NCBI RefSeq assembly: GCF_001194135.2
Contig: NC_068992.1
Coordinates: forward strand, 30,254,865 to 30,297,951
Direction of reading: 5' to 3'
Length of the DNA stretch: 43,087 nucleotides
DNA from: Octopus bimaculoides
Lineage: Eukaryota
A program made the position numbers and the translations under genes. A model generated the notes under the pieces. That model searched no databases, was not told where the DNA came from, and was given only the letters and a program-made list of their open reading frames with translations. Below are positions 1 to 13,630 of the stretch, in pieces. The first letter of the stretch is position 1. Every line of letters starts with the position of its first letter.

Positions 1-239
1 AATGAATAATAGAAGAAAAGTGAAAAACTGAGAAGGCAGTACTTAGAAAACGCTGTAAGGAATCAACAGAAGAGCAAAAAAAAAACGAAAATGGAAAATA
101 AAAACAGAAAAACTAAACCGTAAAAAATTGAAAGGAAAAAGGTTAAATGAGCTATCTTCCTTAGATCTTAAATGACATGGTTGGAAAGGTATCAAGTCAG
201 TCGGGAATAGGCGGAATTTTCCAATTCTTTAAAATATAT

Positions 240-735
240 TTATACATATGCAAGCAAACAATGAAAATGTGTGGCTTGGAATTCAACAGAGAGCTGGGGA
301 TCTTAGATTTCAAGAAGATATATACTCTTTCAGCCAAGAAAGCCTACATTTATTCGATTCAGTCGCATAAGGTATGGGCTTCACAATTACTTTCCATTTA
401 ACCACATGCGACGTTTCGTTATCTTTTAAAGTCCATACGTAGCTAGCCAATTTAGTAGCTTTACTTTCGTCTCTATGTCAGAAGGAGGCTAGGTGATTGG
501 CACAGCGATATTTGAATTCACCCTCACATAATCCAATATAGGTCTTCTTATCAGCTGCATTATCATTTAGGGTTGCAGTAATTTCTGTTTCATATATGAT
601 AGATTTAGTCATAAATCGTCGGACAGTTGCAAATTGATTTAGGGTCTTGGCATTAACCACGTGTAATGATACTCTTCATATTCGGACAGCAGCTTTATGA
701 TAACTTTACAGAGCGCATTAGATATTTTCCTATAT
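240..735 (-). mobile_element. Decayed Penelope-like element, C-terminal GIY-YIG endonuclease region
   Basis: Minus-strand manual translation through stops and frameshifts: KLS*SCCPNMKSII, then TKSIIYETEIT...KKTYIGLCEGEFKYRCANHLASF (ORF 478-660), then *HRDESKATKLASYVWTLKD...VKWKVI...PY...NKCRL, then LLNSKPHIFIVCLHMYKY. The motif order matches Penelope GIY-YIG domains. Confidence 0.85.
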
Positions 736-834
736 TTGTGAGTGCTTGTCTGTTAGTGTTCACCTGTGGAGGGGCAGGAATCGTTTACCAGTGTTAGTAT
801 TTATATTAAGGGAAAAGTCAGGGGCGAAATAAAT

Positions 835-896
<62 letters not shown>
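835..896. repeat. Compound (TA)n(TG)n microsatellite
   Basis: Directly visible. Confidence 0.97.
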
Positions 897-900
<4 letters not shown>

Positions 901-1367
901 CATGCGTGTATATGTGTAGATAAATTGATAAATATATACGTATGTAGATGACATATTTTAATACTCAAATAGTAAGACACAATACACAATTTTATGTGAT
1001 TGAAAATATTAAAGGTTTTCAATGAATTTGCATAATGCATTATTCTGTATTTCATATGAACTTAGCAATATAAGATCATGTTTATTTTGAATAATTTGTT
1101 CGGACATTTTAAAGCCCTGAACGAATTCTTAATATTTACATAGACTAAATGTTAGTGAAAATTTATACGAAACAATTTATTAAATAAGCTTCAAAACTAG
1201 TTCATGACATTCTCTGTGTTCTCTCCATCTCTCTCTTCTATATTTCTCTCTCTCTTTCTCTCTATCTATCTATTTATCTCTATTTCTCTATCTATGTAGC
1301 TATGTATATTGAGCTTAAGCATCATAAATACGTATGTCCATACACTGGCATATGCACTCGTTCATAT

Positions 1368-1415
<48 letters not shown>

Positions 1416-3034
1416 TCATATATACATATGTATGTATAGCTATATATATATACACATATGTATATATATTTACACACACATTCGCCCACACACACAGATT
1501 CCTCCCGTGTATATATTAGAGTGAGTGTGAGAGACACTGAGATATATACAAACTGATAGAGATAGACGAGAGAGATAGGAATAGTGGTAAATGATTAAAT
1601 ATAATAAGCATCCCAACTACCGTAATTTCTATATCTACTTTTTATTTTAACTATTGTGGAAAGCTAAAAGTAAGCTTCCGTCATGCAATCACTGAAATTG
1701 CTTTGAGAATTGTATCTAGTTTGGTTTTCGTTTTTTTATTAACCTTTCTCTATCACAGAGTTTTCGAAATGGAAATCAATTATGGAAAGTTGTTTGGAAA
1801 TCAAATATTTAGGAATTGCTATCTTCGCATATTGTTGAATTGGATAAAATAAAAATATCACGTAAGAGTGTGAGATTAAAATGGTGAACAATATATTTTA
1901 GCCATTTACTAGTTTCCTGCCATATATCACACTGGTGGTGCTTTGGGATAATTGAAATATTTCGGTTAAATGTTCACGCTTCATAGCCAATGATTTTATC
2001 ATGTGAAATGGAACGACGTCAGGTAGGTTGATACCATTTGTTCATCGGAACTAGACAAATCTCCAGTGTTTATTGTAAAATACTATTCGAGCATGTAGAC
2101 ATTCTCAATGGAAATGTATCTCACTTATATTAAACATATTATTGTCAAAGCAGAAACGTTATTCTGTAAATTTAGATCAGTTTGTCAAAGTGTGTAATCG
2201 GAGAATGTTTCTCGTTACTCTGAAATGTTGATGAGGTATATTTACAAACTATAATGCATACGTATGCTTGTTTAATTATATATTTATCTAAAAAAATTAT
2301 TGTATTTTCCCTTGTATTATAGCGACTCATATTATGAGACATTATTCTAGCTGTTACAATTATTTAGGTTACGGATTGACTCATGTCATGTAAGTCACCA
2401 CATTTTAAATTATATTTGCTGTTTTCATGTTGGTTGTTCCTGTTGCTTGTGAGACTCAGTTATTAAGCAGTTCCATGACCAAAGTAGTTCATTTTTATGA
2501 AAATCTGCACTTTTTCAAAGAGATACATATACAATATCAGGTCTTTGATTTAAAACTGGAGCGTATCATGTGACGAAGCATTTCTAGCTATTTCTAGTGC
2601 CCACTGAGTAGTTTCCTTAGCTGTTAAAATTATTTCTAAATATTATGAACTGCATGCGCATTTAAATGATGTGGCATTATTAAATTTTACAACTAGCATG
2701 TTCTAAACGATTTCTTATATTCCTTATCCCATATGGTTAACCATAACATTCAAATAAAACATCTAGCAATTCATAATACACATAGTTTATAGTTTTTTTA
2801 TGTTTCACCATAAACGATTGAACTGCACTCTACATTAATTCCTGTGAATACCAAGTATATTTTACATATTGTATCTTTTAGAAGGTGCCTATTACAGAGT
2901 AATTATCCGTAGAGAATATTTCAAGGTAGAGTTCCAATGTAAACTGTATTGTTTGTCCTTTAGAGAATGTAGTTCCAGTATTTCAAGTGCATTTGGAGAT
3001 GGCATTAGTTGGAATACAGTGTAGAATTACGAGT

Positions 3035-3405
3035 TTACATTTTTGATAAGAGTAATCTGTCAAGGAGGATACCCACATCAAAATATATGTCTGCATTTAA
3101 AATAGCAATGGGTGTTATCGTAAAGGCTCTCTAATTCGAACATATTTACATTAATTCTACACTAAACTTTGAGGAAAATTCTTATTCATACATTTTCATT
3201 AGTAATTCACCGCTTATAATTTTGATTGATTCTGATATTTTTGATAAGTGCAATCCGTCAAATGCGAAGAGAGTTATCAGAATGAAATATATCTATGAAT
3301 CTAAAATAGCAATCGGTGTTTACATAGAGGCTCTCCAATTTGCACATACTTACACTAAGTCTACATTGAAATTTGATGAAAATTCTTATTCATAAGTTTT
3401 CATTC
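3035..3405. repeat. Diverged two-copy tandem duplication, period 198 bp
   Basis: tttgataag at 3042 and 3240. Shared blocks aaatagcaat-ggtgtt, aggctctc and gaaaattcttattcata-ttttcatt. The copies differ by a 6-nt indel. Confidence 0.8.
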
Positions 3406-4091
3406 ATTTGTACCTTGAATGGTGTATATGTAGAAAGTTGAATTAATTGACTAGTGTTGCTAACTGAAAATAAGATGTATAAATTAATAATCTATTCGCC
3501 CCAGAAACTGCAGCCGCAGCCCGACTTCGATCGTGAGCAAAATCAATCAATATCAAAGAAAATATATGCTAAGGGTGTTACTATTGTTCTAAGCAACTTC
3601 CGCAGTGGCGTTCGAATCACATTTGGAAAATATTTCGTCATCACATTGGCTCACAAATTTCTTTACCTTGCGAATTATGACTTCCACTCACATTTTCTGT
3701 ACAAATAGTTTCTTTTGCGGTGCTTTGCTACCCAAGTGTGAATTATATTATAATGCATTACTGACCTGGTATTCAATTATTGATTACTCTAATAATATAT
3801 AGATTCCTTATTTAGATAAATTATTCACTGATCGTGTAGATACTTGTGATACTGCACAGGTACTGGAATGCCTCGTTTTAACATTGCCTTCATTGAAGTT
3901 CAATATCTGATTGGGAAAGAAACAAGGTTGACACCTTTATGTAGTGATTATGCAGTTGTTAAAAAATTTCATATATTATCGAATATATATATATCGATAA
4001 AATTGTGCTGGACTGTGAAATAATCTCCTAAATGGAAATGAAGGTGTAATTATAAATTTAATTAATATTAGATGGACAACAAACGAATGCC

Positions 4092-4147
<56 letters not shown>

Positions 4148-4259
4148 TGTATATGTATAATCAAATCTACATTTCTCTCTCTTTCTCTCTCTTTCGCTTT
4201 CTCTTTCTCTCTATTTGTCTCTGTATATATATAATTAAGATTCAGTTGAATTACGTACT

Positions 4260-4763
4260 TAGTTTGAAGTACCAAGTCAGTCCGGTATTATCCGCACATC
4301 TCGAAGTAAGGGGAGTAAAATCAAAATAAGCAACAGGATATCAAGTAGTAATGTACAACTGTTTAGAGTGACTCTATTTAACTGAACAATGCAATCGTCA
4401 CATCGATTTAAATGTAGTGCTATCTTCAAGTGCAAAAAATATAGAGGTTTTTAACAAGTAGGGCACATTAATATAATTTTCCTTAAATATTCAAACAGAG
4501 TATGAAAATGGGTGAAATTAATGCTGTAGCTATTGTTGCAAAGTGGCTAAATATATACTACGATTCCATAGAATGACATGGAGCATAGTGGGCTCATAGG
4601 GTTGTAAGAGTTGTAATTCATTTCTAATTTGTTTATCTCTTAGTAACGATTATCAGCACACTTTGCTAGATTTCTGACGTGTAATCTTGCGTTGAAACAT
4701 ATATTGTTGTACTTCGGAATGGCAATTTTATTTATTATTATTTTATGCCAAATAAACATACGC

Positions 4764-4805
<42 letters not shown>

Positions 4806-5053
4806 NNNNNNNNNNNNNNNNNNNNNNNNNNNNNNNNNNNNNNNNNNNNNNNNNNNNNNNNNNNNNNNNNNNNNNNNNNNNNNNNNNNNNNNNNNNNNNN
4901 NNNNNNNNNNNNNNNNNNNNNNNNNNNNNNNNNNNNNNNNNNNNNNNNNNNNNNNNNNNNNNNNNNNNNNNNNNNNNNNNNNNNNNNNNNNNNNNNNNNN
5001 NNNNNNNNNNNNNNNNNNNNNNNNNNNNNTATATATATATATATATATATATA

Positions 5054-5088
<35 letters not shown>

Positions 5089-5900
5089 ATATATGTATAG
5101 TAGATACATAGATAGATAGATAAATATAACACGTGAACATAGTTGTGTGTTCGTGCGCGTGTTTTTCTTCTTGCCTCCAGAGCATTTACTGCATAATATG
5201 ACATTATAACTCCTAATTCTACAATAAAATTTCAACATGTTATCGTGATGTCATTATTTGTGAAATATATTTTCTATTTCATGTATTTCATGAATTCATT
5301 TTCTAAACTCACTACCTATTTTCCATATACCTCTAACTCCATTATATTATTTCTTTACTTAATGATGTGCAAAAATGTGAAAGATACCAGAAATATGTTT
5401 CTATAAACACGGACTAAAACCTTCCTTTACCTAAGGGATAATATCATAGTTCTGTGTTTATTTTTCTAATATTTCATGTGAAATGGTTTCAGTAACTATC
5501 ACTAAATCTATATTGAATAATTTATCAACGTGATAAACTCACTCGAGAATTATCAGACATCAACAATTAATTTACAGTATTTCAGGTATTTCAATATTAG
5601 TGAAGACACGTTTGAAGAGAGGGTATATAAGTAGAATAAAGGAAAATGTGCAGTAATATATTAGGGTAAAATCAGTATAAAATGTTCATCAGGATGTCGA
5701 AGACATTAACATTAATCAAACCCAATCTAAATTCAGAATATAAATTAATCTGTGTATTATTCTGTAATGAGTTAACCATATGTCGAAAACTAAGCAGCAA
5801 TAAGCATTTACATAATTCATTAAAATTCAATTATCTCTTAAATAGAAAAGGTAATGGTATTGGAAGATGACCAAGAACTTATGTACTCTGTAAAACGCCC
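4260..5900 (-). pseudogene. Possible decayed LRR-gene relic A, split by a microsatellite and gap
   Basis: Minus-strand ELEVYGK*VVSLENEFMKYMK*KIYFTNNDITI (5339-5241). A stop-poor frame of about 160 codons (4736-4260) contains INKLEMNYNS and FEYLRKIIL. Manual motif reading only. Confidence 0.3.
4767..5090. repeat. (TA)n, N-gap 4806-5029, then (TA)n(TG)n
   Basis: Directly visible. Confidence 0.95.
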
Positions 5901-6396
5901 TTTTTGTCTTATAGATTACATTGCAATTATTGATATTTACCTCATCGGAATATATAAAAACAGTTTCTTCGAATATCGACTTTAAAAGCGAACACTGATT
6001 AATCTCCATTACGATCGTGGATTATAATTAATAAAAATAATAGCAATACAGAAATGCTTCACAATTTGTATATAGGTGTTTGGAATATGCATAATACTTG
6101 CATAACTAAATCTGAGGTATTGCATGGTCTTTTTCGTTGCAAAGACTGGTTTCACATGAACGCATAGTATGGTATGGCAATTTTAAACATAGAACAAGGT
6201 CCTTCTTTAAATTCAAGTGAATAGAGTCATGTATATACATACATGTACACACCATGTTTGTTCAATACCGTTACTAAGTGTTGAAATAAAATCTTACTCA
6301 CTACCAAGCATGAGAAAAGACTGGTAATAGTATTTATAAATATTCATAGTACATACATGCACATACAAGCATACAAATATACACACAAACGTAATT

Positions 6397-7180
6397 ATAT
6401 ATATATATATATNNNNNNNNNNNNNNNNNNNNNNNNNNNNNNNNNNNNNNNNNNNNNNNNNNNNNNNNNNNNNNNNNNNNNNNNNNNNNNNNNNNNNNNN
6501 NNNNNNNNNNNNNNNNNNNNNNNNNNNNNNNNNNNNNNNNNNNNNNNNNNNNNNNNNNNNNNNNNNNNNNNNNNNNNNNNNNNNNNNNNNNNNNNNNNNN
6601 NNNNNNNNNNNNNNNNNNNNNNNNNNNNNNNNNNNNNNNNNNNNNNNNNNNNNNNNNNNNNNNNNNNNNNNNNNNNNNNNNNNNNNNNNNNNNNNNNNNN
6701 NNNNNNNNNNNNNNNNNNNNNNNNNNNNNNNNNNNNNNNNNNNNNNNNNNNNNNNNNNNNNNNNNNNNNNNNNNNNNNNNNNNNNNNNNNNNNNNNNNNN
6801 NNNNNNNNNNNNNNNNNNNNNNNNNNNNNNNNNNNNNNNNNNNNNNNNNNNNNNNNNNNNNNNNNNNNNNNNNNNNNNNNNNNNNNNNNNNNNNNNNNNN
6901 NNNNNNNNNNNNNNNNNNNNNNNNNNNNNNNNNNNNNNNNNNNNNNNNNNNNNNNNNNNNNNNNNNNNNNNNNNNNNNNNNNNNNNNNNNNNNNNNNNNN
7001 NNNNNNNNNNNNNNNNNNNNNNNNNNNNNNNNNNNNNNNNNNNNNNNNNNNNNNNNNNNNNNNNNNNNNNNNNNNNNNNNNNNNNNNNNNNNNNNNNNNN
7101 NNNNNNNNNNNNNNNNNNNNNNNNNNNNNNNNNNNNNNNNNNNNNNNNNNNNNNNTATATATATATATATATATATATAT
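6397..7180. repeat. (TA)n flanking N-gap 6413-7155
   Basis: Directly visible. Confidence 0.95.
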
Positions 7181-7712
7181 TAACATAATGAGCTTGCTTG
7201 TAAGTTTATACAAAATTACACGAGGAAGTAGCAGTGTAGGTAAGAGTAAAAGAGAGAAGAGACAAAATGTTAATAACATTGAGAGAGGGAATGATAACAA
7301 ACAGCGCCTCTCGCTCTGTCTCTCTCTCTCAACAAAAAGTGTTTCACCTTATTGATGAACACCTTCCTTTTGTCTCTGTATCTATCAACAGACGCACACG
7401 CTTTCGCTCTCTGACTCTCCTCCTCCTCCTCTCTCTCTCTCTCGCTCCTCCTCCTCTCTCTATCACTCTCCCCTCCTGTCTCTCTCACTCTCTTTCAACA
7501 ACATTTTCGTTTGATGAATGATGATTTTTTTTCTTTGGTACTTCAAAAATAAATAACTAAATGAGTGGAAATCGAACTACTCACTGTGTTAAATAATAAG
7601 GAACTAAAATAGAATGACTCTTCCCAGACAAAATAAAATATGCTTCAACACACGAATTCCCATATAAAATCTTGCAAACCAAAGACAAAAACGAAATATA
7701 TATGTGCATATA

Positions 7713-7827
<115 letters not shown>

Positions 7828-8136
7828 TTAAACATACACCCACGCGACACACACAGACACACAGACACACACTTATATACAGGCACTTGTTAATATTTTC
7901 ATATTTGCTTCCCAATTCTAATATTTTTTATGATATTGTATGCTGTTGTGCCTTTGCTGCCAAATGTTCTTTTTTAGTCGCATATTTTGGCATTCTTTTG
8001 GCTGAACCGACAGAAATGCCAAAATAAACTGCTGGATTTGTCCGTTAATTTCCGTGAAAACATGTTTATTTACTTTTGTTTAAAGTGAAAGAGAAGAGAA
8101 AGTGAAAGATGTATGTTCGTGTATATAAAATGGACT

Positions 8137-8168
<32 letters not shown>

Positions 8169-8699
8169 ATGAAATAACGTAGGTAGCTATGCGCAGTATA
8201 AACATAAAAACGAAAATTCAATCGTCACTAATTGTGACAGAGTGTGTGAGTTAGCAGCTCTGTTATTAGAAATAAGAGTTGAAACCTTTACAATTGCAAG
8301 GACGCACAATTTCATATACTGAGAGAGGAGATAACCAACACATGAGTGAAGCTAGATCACTTGAGACTGGACTAGTTTCGTCTGTAAAATTGTAAACTTG
8401 TCAGCAATGACTACTCCATCGCCCTATTAGAAAATCGGCTTCTTTGCAGTTCTACGCTTTTAAAATTTCATTACTAGCCATATAGGTGCCACTTTTCACT
8501 CTCAGTCACAGTTAATGACGAATGAAACTTTCCTGTTTGGTTATATGTGTATATGCCAATTTTAGGTTAGTTAAAATATGTTCGTCACGGATTTCACCTT
8601 CTAAAGGCAATTTCACTGCTGTAAACATGGAGAAACATCCTCTCTTACGGTAAAGAGATTTAAGAACGCCATACCCGCCATGGGTTACCACACATCGTA

Positions 8700-9985
8700 T
8701 TCCCCGACACCGATGTTTCTACCTTTTTAGCCTGTGTCAATAGACAGACCATATCACAGCCGTAACCTTAACTACAATACGGTCAACAACGTTGACTGGT
8801 TTGTAACAATAGACCACACGGTCGTGGTAATTACCGTAATGTCAACGCCAAGTCACAGCATTAGAGTTATTTAGCTCTTATTTCTTGCAATCTAGGTGTT
8901 TCCTAACACGGAGTCACATTTTATGACAACCGTACTTCTCCTTTTTGGTGAAAAATTGCAGACTGCTATTTATATTAATTTTATATCTACACATTAGCGA
9001 ATCGCTAAATAATCCAATAATTTGGATGACGAAAACATAAATAGAAATATTGAAACAGGTCTGGAAAAATCCAAAAAGTTGAACGGGCTTAACTGATAAG
9101 GCAACGGAAATTCCCGAAACTGAGGTCAGTCTTAAGAAGTCTTGATCGACATTTTTCGGACAATTAAAGCCCCCAGTAATGTATTTGTCTTGAGTAATGG
9201 GCGTTAACTACAGCTTTAGAGCGCTTTAGCTCTTATTTCTGTCGACGTAGGTGTTTCCTAACACCCTAGTAACATTTAGTGATAATTATGATTCTCCTAT
9301 TTGCTAAAACATTGCAAACTTCTGTTAACATAAATTTAAATATATATCAATTTATTCTTTTATTCGTTTCTGCCATGTGATTCTGCACCCTTAGATATGA
9401 TTCTCCTTCGTCTGATGTCCTTATAGTGGTGGGATTTCATATTAACACTCCTGTACGTAGCTTTGTCCCAGTTATTGGTCAATTTTATGTATGAGGGAGA
9501 TTTACTCCGCTTACGGTACCTCATGCCGGGCCGTCTGTTTAACTAGAATGTTTATTTCTCCTCGAAGACATCTACGTTCACATTGTATAGGTTTCTTAAT
9601 TTTTATCCACGGCATTAAAACCTCAAGCGATTGCAGTATATTATCCTGAATTTAGATTGAGTTGACAGTACCTTTGTGCAATACAACGTCATCCCGTTCT
9701 GGCATTATACACTCAATGCCGAAATTGGGTACAAGCCCTTCCAGAATTTACCATATGTAGATAATTACTTATTTCTCGCTCTGGGAAGTAAGTTCTTATC
9801 CGCCTCTACTACTAGCTAATCGACTTCAACTTCAAACACTTTTTAGAGTAGTGATGTTGAACCTTTTCAATTTCGACAGCTACATTGGCACTATGAGGTG
9901 GACATATCTGAGAACATTAGGCCAGGCAGCTGAGAAGAAGGTCCTCGACATCGTCAACATAACTTCTTGGTCTCTCCTTTTGAAG
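8700..9985 (+). pseudogene. Decayed LRR (Toll-like ectodomain-type) gene relic B
   Basis: Plus-strand motifs across frames: TTIRSTTLTGL (8771), NIETGLEKSKKLNGLN (9046), NLKRLQYI (9619), KPFQNLP (9733), EVDISEN (9895), KKVLDI (9935). Many stops and frameshifts. Confidence 0.5.
8855..9350. repeat. Diverged direct repeat pair of about 140 bp, offset 355 bp
   Basis: ttagctcttatttct...taggtgtttcctaacac...ttctcct...attgca at 8871 and 9226. Confidence 0.8.
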
Positions 9986-9991
9986 AACCTT

Positions 9992-10035
<44 letters not shown>

Positions 10036-10076
10036 NNNNNNNNNNACATATGTATGTAAATATATATGTGTGTGTT

Positions 10077-10127
<51 letters not shown>

Positions 10128-10820
10128 TTCCATCAAAAGCTCCAGATAAGTGTGTGCGAGTTCATGCTTCTCTGTATGTATATGAATACTATAGAGTTAT
10201 ATGTTCTGACAGTGATTAAATATGTATTGCATTGCTGTAATCATTTCCGGCCAGTCAGATATGGCCTTCTACTCCCTAATTTTCAGTTATTTGCATTGTT
10301 TCAACAATAATGCAAAAACTTATAAAATGCGTACATCAAACGTTGATATGATAGAAATGTAATATATAAATTATGTAATTCACTGTTGTATGACGAAGCA
10401 GAATGAATTGGTAGTATTAAGAGAACAATAAGAAGAATAAGAGTAATAAGTTTCCTTAATAAGTGCACTCTGTTATAGCATATATTTATGACTGCATACA
10501 CCCGCACACGCAAACTCACATACACACACACACACATGCATACATGTGTATGAAAACCAAAAGATAAGTAAACCATGCATAAAGCAGTGCCTCTATGTAT
10601 ATATGTAAATACATATGTATACACAGACACAAACACTCACACACGCACACGCACACAGAAAAACAAGCGCGCGCACACGCACATATACAAAAATATACAC
10701 TGCATTACACATCCTGAAGTTTTTTATTCCTTCAACATTATATCTATTTATTGTATGCATGTATATATGCATGTATGTACCAGCCTATATCTATATGTCT
10801 GTCTGTCTCTTTCTCTCACT

Positions 10821-10824
<4 letters not shown>

Positions 10825-10870
<46 letters not shown>

Positions 10871-11470
10871 NNNNNNNNNNNNNNNNNNNNNNNNNNNNNN
10901 NNNNNNNNNNNNNNNNNNNNNNNNNNNNNNNNNNNNNNNNNNNNNNNNNNNNNNNNNNNNNNNNNNNNNNNNNNNNNNNNNNNNNNNNNNNNNNNNNNNN
11001 NNNNNNNNNNNNNNNNNNNNNNNNNNNNNNNNNNNNNNNNNNNNNNNNNNNNNNNNNNNNNNNNNNNNNNNNNNNNNNNNNNNNNNNNNNNNNNNNNNNN
11101 NNNNNNNNNNNNNNNNNNNNNNNNNNNNNNNNNNNNNNNNNNNNNNNNNNNNNNNNNNNNNNNNNNNNNNNNNNNNNNNNNNNNNNNNNNNNNNNNNNNN
11201 NNNNNNNNNNNNNNNNNNNNNNNNNNNNNNNNNNNNNNNNNNNNNNNNNNNNNNNNNNNNNNNNNNNNNNNNNNNNNNNNNNNNNNNNNNNNNNNNNNNN
11301 NNNNNNNNNNNNNNNNNNNNNNNNNNNNNNNNNNNNNNNNNNNNNNNNNNNNNNNNNNNNNNNNNNNNNNNNNNNNNNNNNNNNNNNNNNNNNNNNNNNN
11401 NNNNNNNNNNNNNNNNNNNNNNNNNNNNNNNNNNNNNNNNNNNNNNNNNNNNNNNNNNTATATATATATA
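10825..11470. repeat. (TA)n flanking N-gap 10871-11458
   Basis: Directly visible. Confidence 0.95.
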
Positions 11471-11499
11471 TAAACTGTGGGTATGGGTGTATGGTTACC

Positions 11500-12020
11500 T
11501 TCTACGTGTATTTTCTATTTTGTATAGGGGATGTTTCATTTATGAGGATATACTCCTGTATTTGTCTGAGTGTTGTGTTCTTTCCGTGCTTGTATAAAAT
11601 GCGGATGTTAAATTGACCCAGGCTGCCTCCATGTTGATCCTCGGCATGCTGGCATTATGGAGGACTGTTTTTTCGTCGTCATATTGTCTGAAATGTACAT
11701 TTAGTGTTTCCGCAATGCTCCTAGATGTCTCTTCTATGTATGTCATGTTCTTGACTTTACAACATCTATGCACCGTATGCTGTAGACTACATTTCTAGTT
11801 CTACAGTTAATGCCAAGGTTAATCCTACATATCATGCAGTTATCATTGGTGCATATGGCATTCTCAAATACATAGTTGTGATGGTTGTGATATAATGGAG
11901 TTCACTGGCTTTCAACGATCTTAATGTTGAGTTTGGTCTCCTTCAGAGCTTTCTTAAATCTGCGGGCTAGTTCTCCATGAACTTTGGCCTCTACAAACAT
12001 CACTTCTTGATATTTGTCTG
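11500..12020 (-). mobile_element. Decayed Penelope-like element, linker, Cys motif and GIY-YIG endonuclease
   Basis: Minus strand: KYQEVMFVEAKVHGELARRFKKALKETKLNIKIVE...ICTNDNCMIC...NCRTRNVVYSIRC, frameshift, then NMTYIEETSRSIAETLNVHF (ORF 11540-11773), then QIQEYILINETSPIQNRK. This is the typical Penelope C-terminal layout. Confidence 0.9.
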
Positions 12021-13630
12021 TTTTTTTACCACGTGTTCACCCTGTTTGCTTTGTATTCTATTCCCGTTTGACTGGAATAATAATAAACATACACACATTA
12101 TACATTCGTTCTTCACTCGTTTATTACTGTTCTTATTCTAACTCATGTCCATTGTCAGGAAATCTTTAGTCATTCATCTGTGACACTTTTTGCCTTCATG
12201 CGTGCTCTTGCTCTGTTCATTCCGTTCTGAATAGTGGAATATGTTCAACATTATCGATGATCAAACTAATTTCGAACAACTGTTTAATGCCAAATGCAGC
12301 TGAGTGATATGTTGGTAATAACTATGTGAGGAGATACATTTCGTTCCCTACTTCCCACATGTTTGCAGGAATTGTTTTAAGCACATTTAAACACTTGAGA
12401 TTTGCCATTAGTCTTCGTGAATACTCTGTCTTGCGGTAGACCCGAAAGTAAGAGTAATAGCCGTAGCTCCCTTTTGATCTGTCGTTTGCAAGAACAGTGC
12501 GTAGGCCGCAAACAGTAACATAGCTGATGCACGGGAAGGGTTTCATAAATAATATTTTAAGTCAGACATCATCCATTTCGTATAGCATCTCGTCAAAAAT
12601 CAGTTGATAATATTTTTTCTTTTTCATTCATTGAATTAATCATCAAATTTTGTAGTAAATTTAGTAGAATATATATGTCTTACCTACTAATGTTTTTCTT
12701 GTTTTGTTTAGCTGTGTCTAATCTTATAAGGAGGAGTTTGATTCATGATAGAGACATTAGTCAAAGCGTAATAAACCTCTCAGAGGGGAAAAGTCAACAA
12801 CAACGCCTTGTCACAAATGTAACAAAATATTTAAAAAAATTATAATGTGTGTGTTTGTGAGTGCGCGCGTGTGTGTGTATACATGTGTGTATGTATGTGT
12901 GCGTATTCCTGTACGGAGTCAATTATTACGGAGACGATCATACTCCATTAGACACTGGCACTTTATTCCTCCAATTTCAGTGACAAGGACTAATACGAAA
13001 ATAAAAGAAAAAGGGAAATAATGAATATTAAACTGATTGTAAAAATTAACTCCGTTAGAAGTAAGCGTCTCTCTTCTATTATGAATGTTTTGTTTTTCTT
13101 TGCTTTAATTTTGTAATAGACTCCAAGCGTTGAAGGGAACTTAAGTGGGTAATAAAATAATGTTCCCTGTGTGTGTTTTTTTGTTTTTTTTTTTTGTTTT
13201 TTTAAGAAAATCATTAACAAGTTATTTCAACGAGCAGAAATTGTACCATTATTAATACAGTCTGATATTTGTACATGTCAGTTTCTAGATATTATTTTGC
13301 AGTTCATATAGTGATTCAATTTAAGCAATCAAGATATCATGTAAATGATGAATGTTGTGCACTATTAATTGAATTAGTTTTGTCTCCCAATTTGCATTTG
13401 AACCGCGAGTACTCTGTTGCAGAAACGCTAAGAGAGTACACTAAAACTTGTACAAAAATTTAAACTTTGCTGGAAACGGCGTATAATTTAAATTTCTAAT
13501 CACGCAACATACTTTATATTATATGATATATCTGTTTCAGTTGCGAGCATTGATATGCATACTACTCTGAACTATTTACTGCTAGCAAATATCCATAATC
13601 TGTTAATACCTGCATATTTATGATAACTCA

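Noticed and set aside
1-150. Purine/A-rich start of the window
   Set aside because: Low-complexity tract next to the Penelope remnant, with no ORF or recognisable motif.
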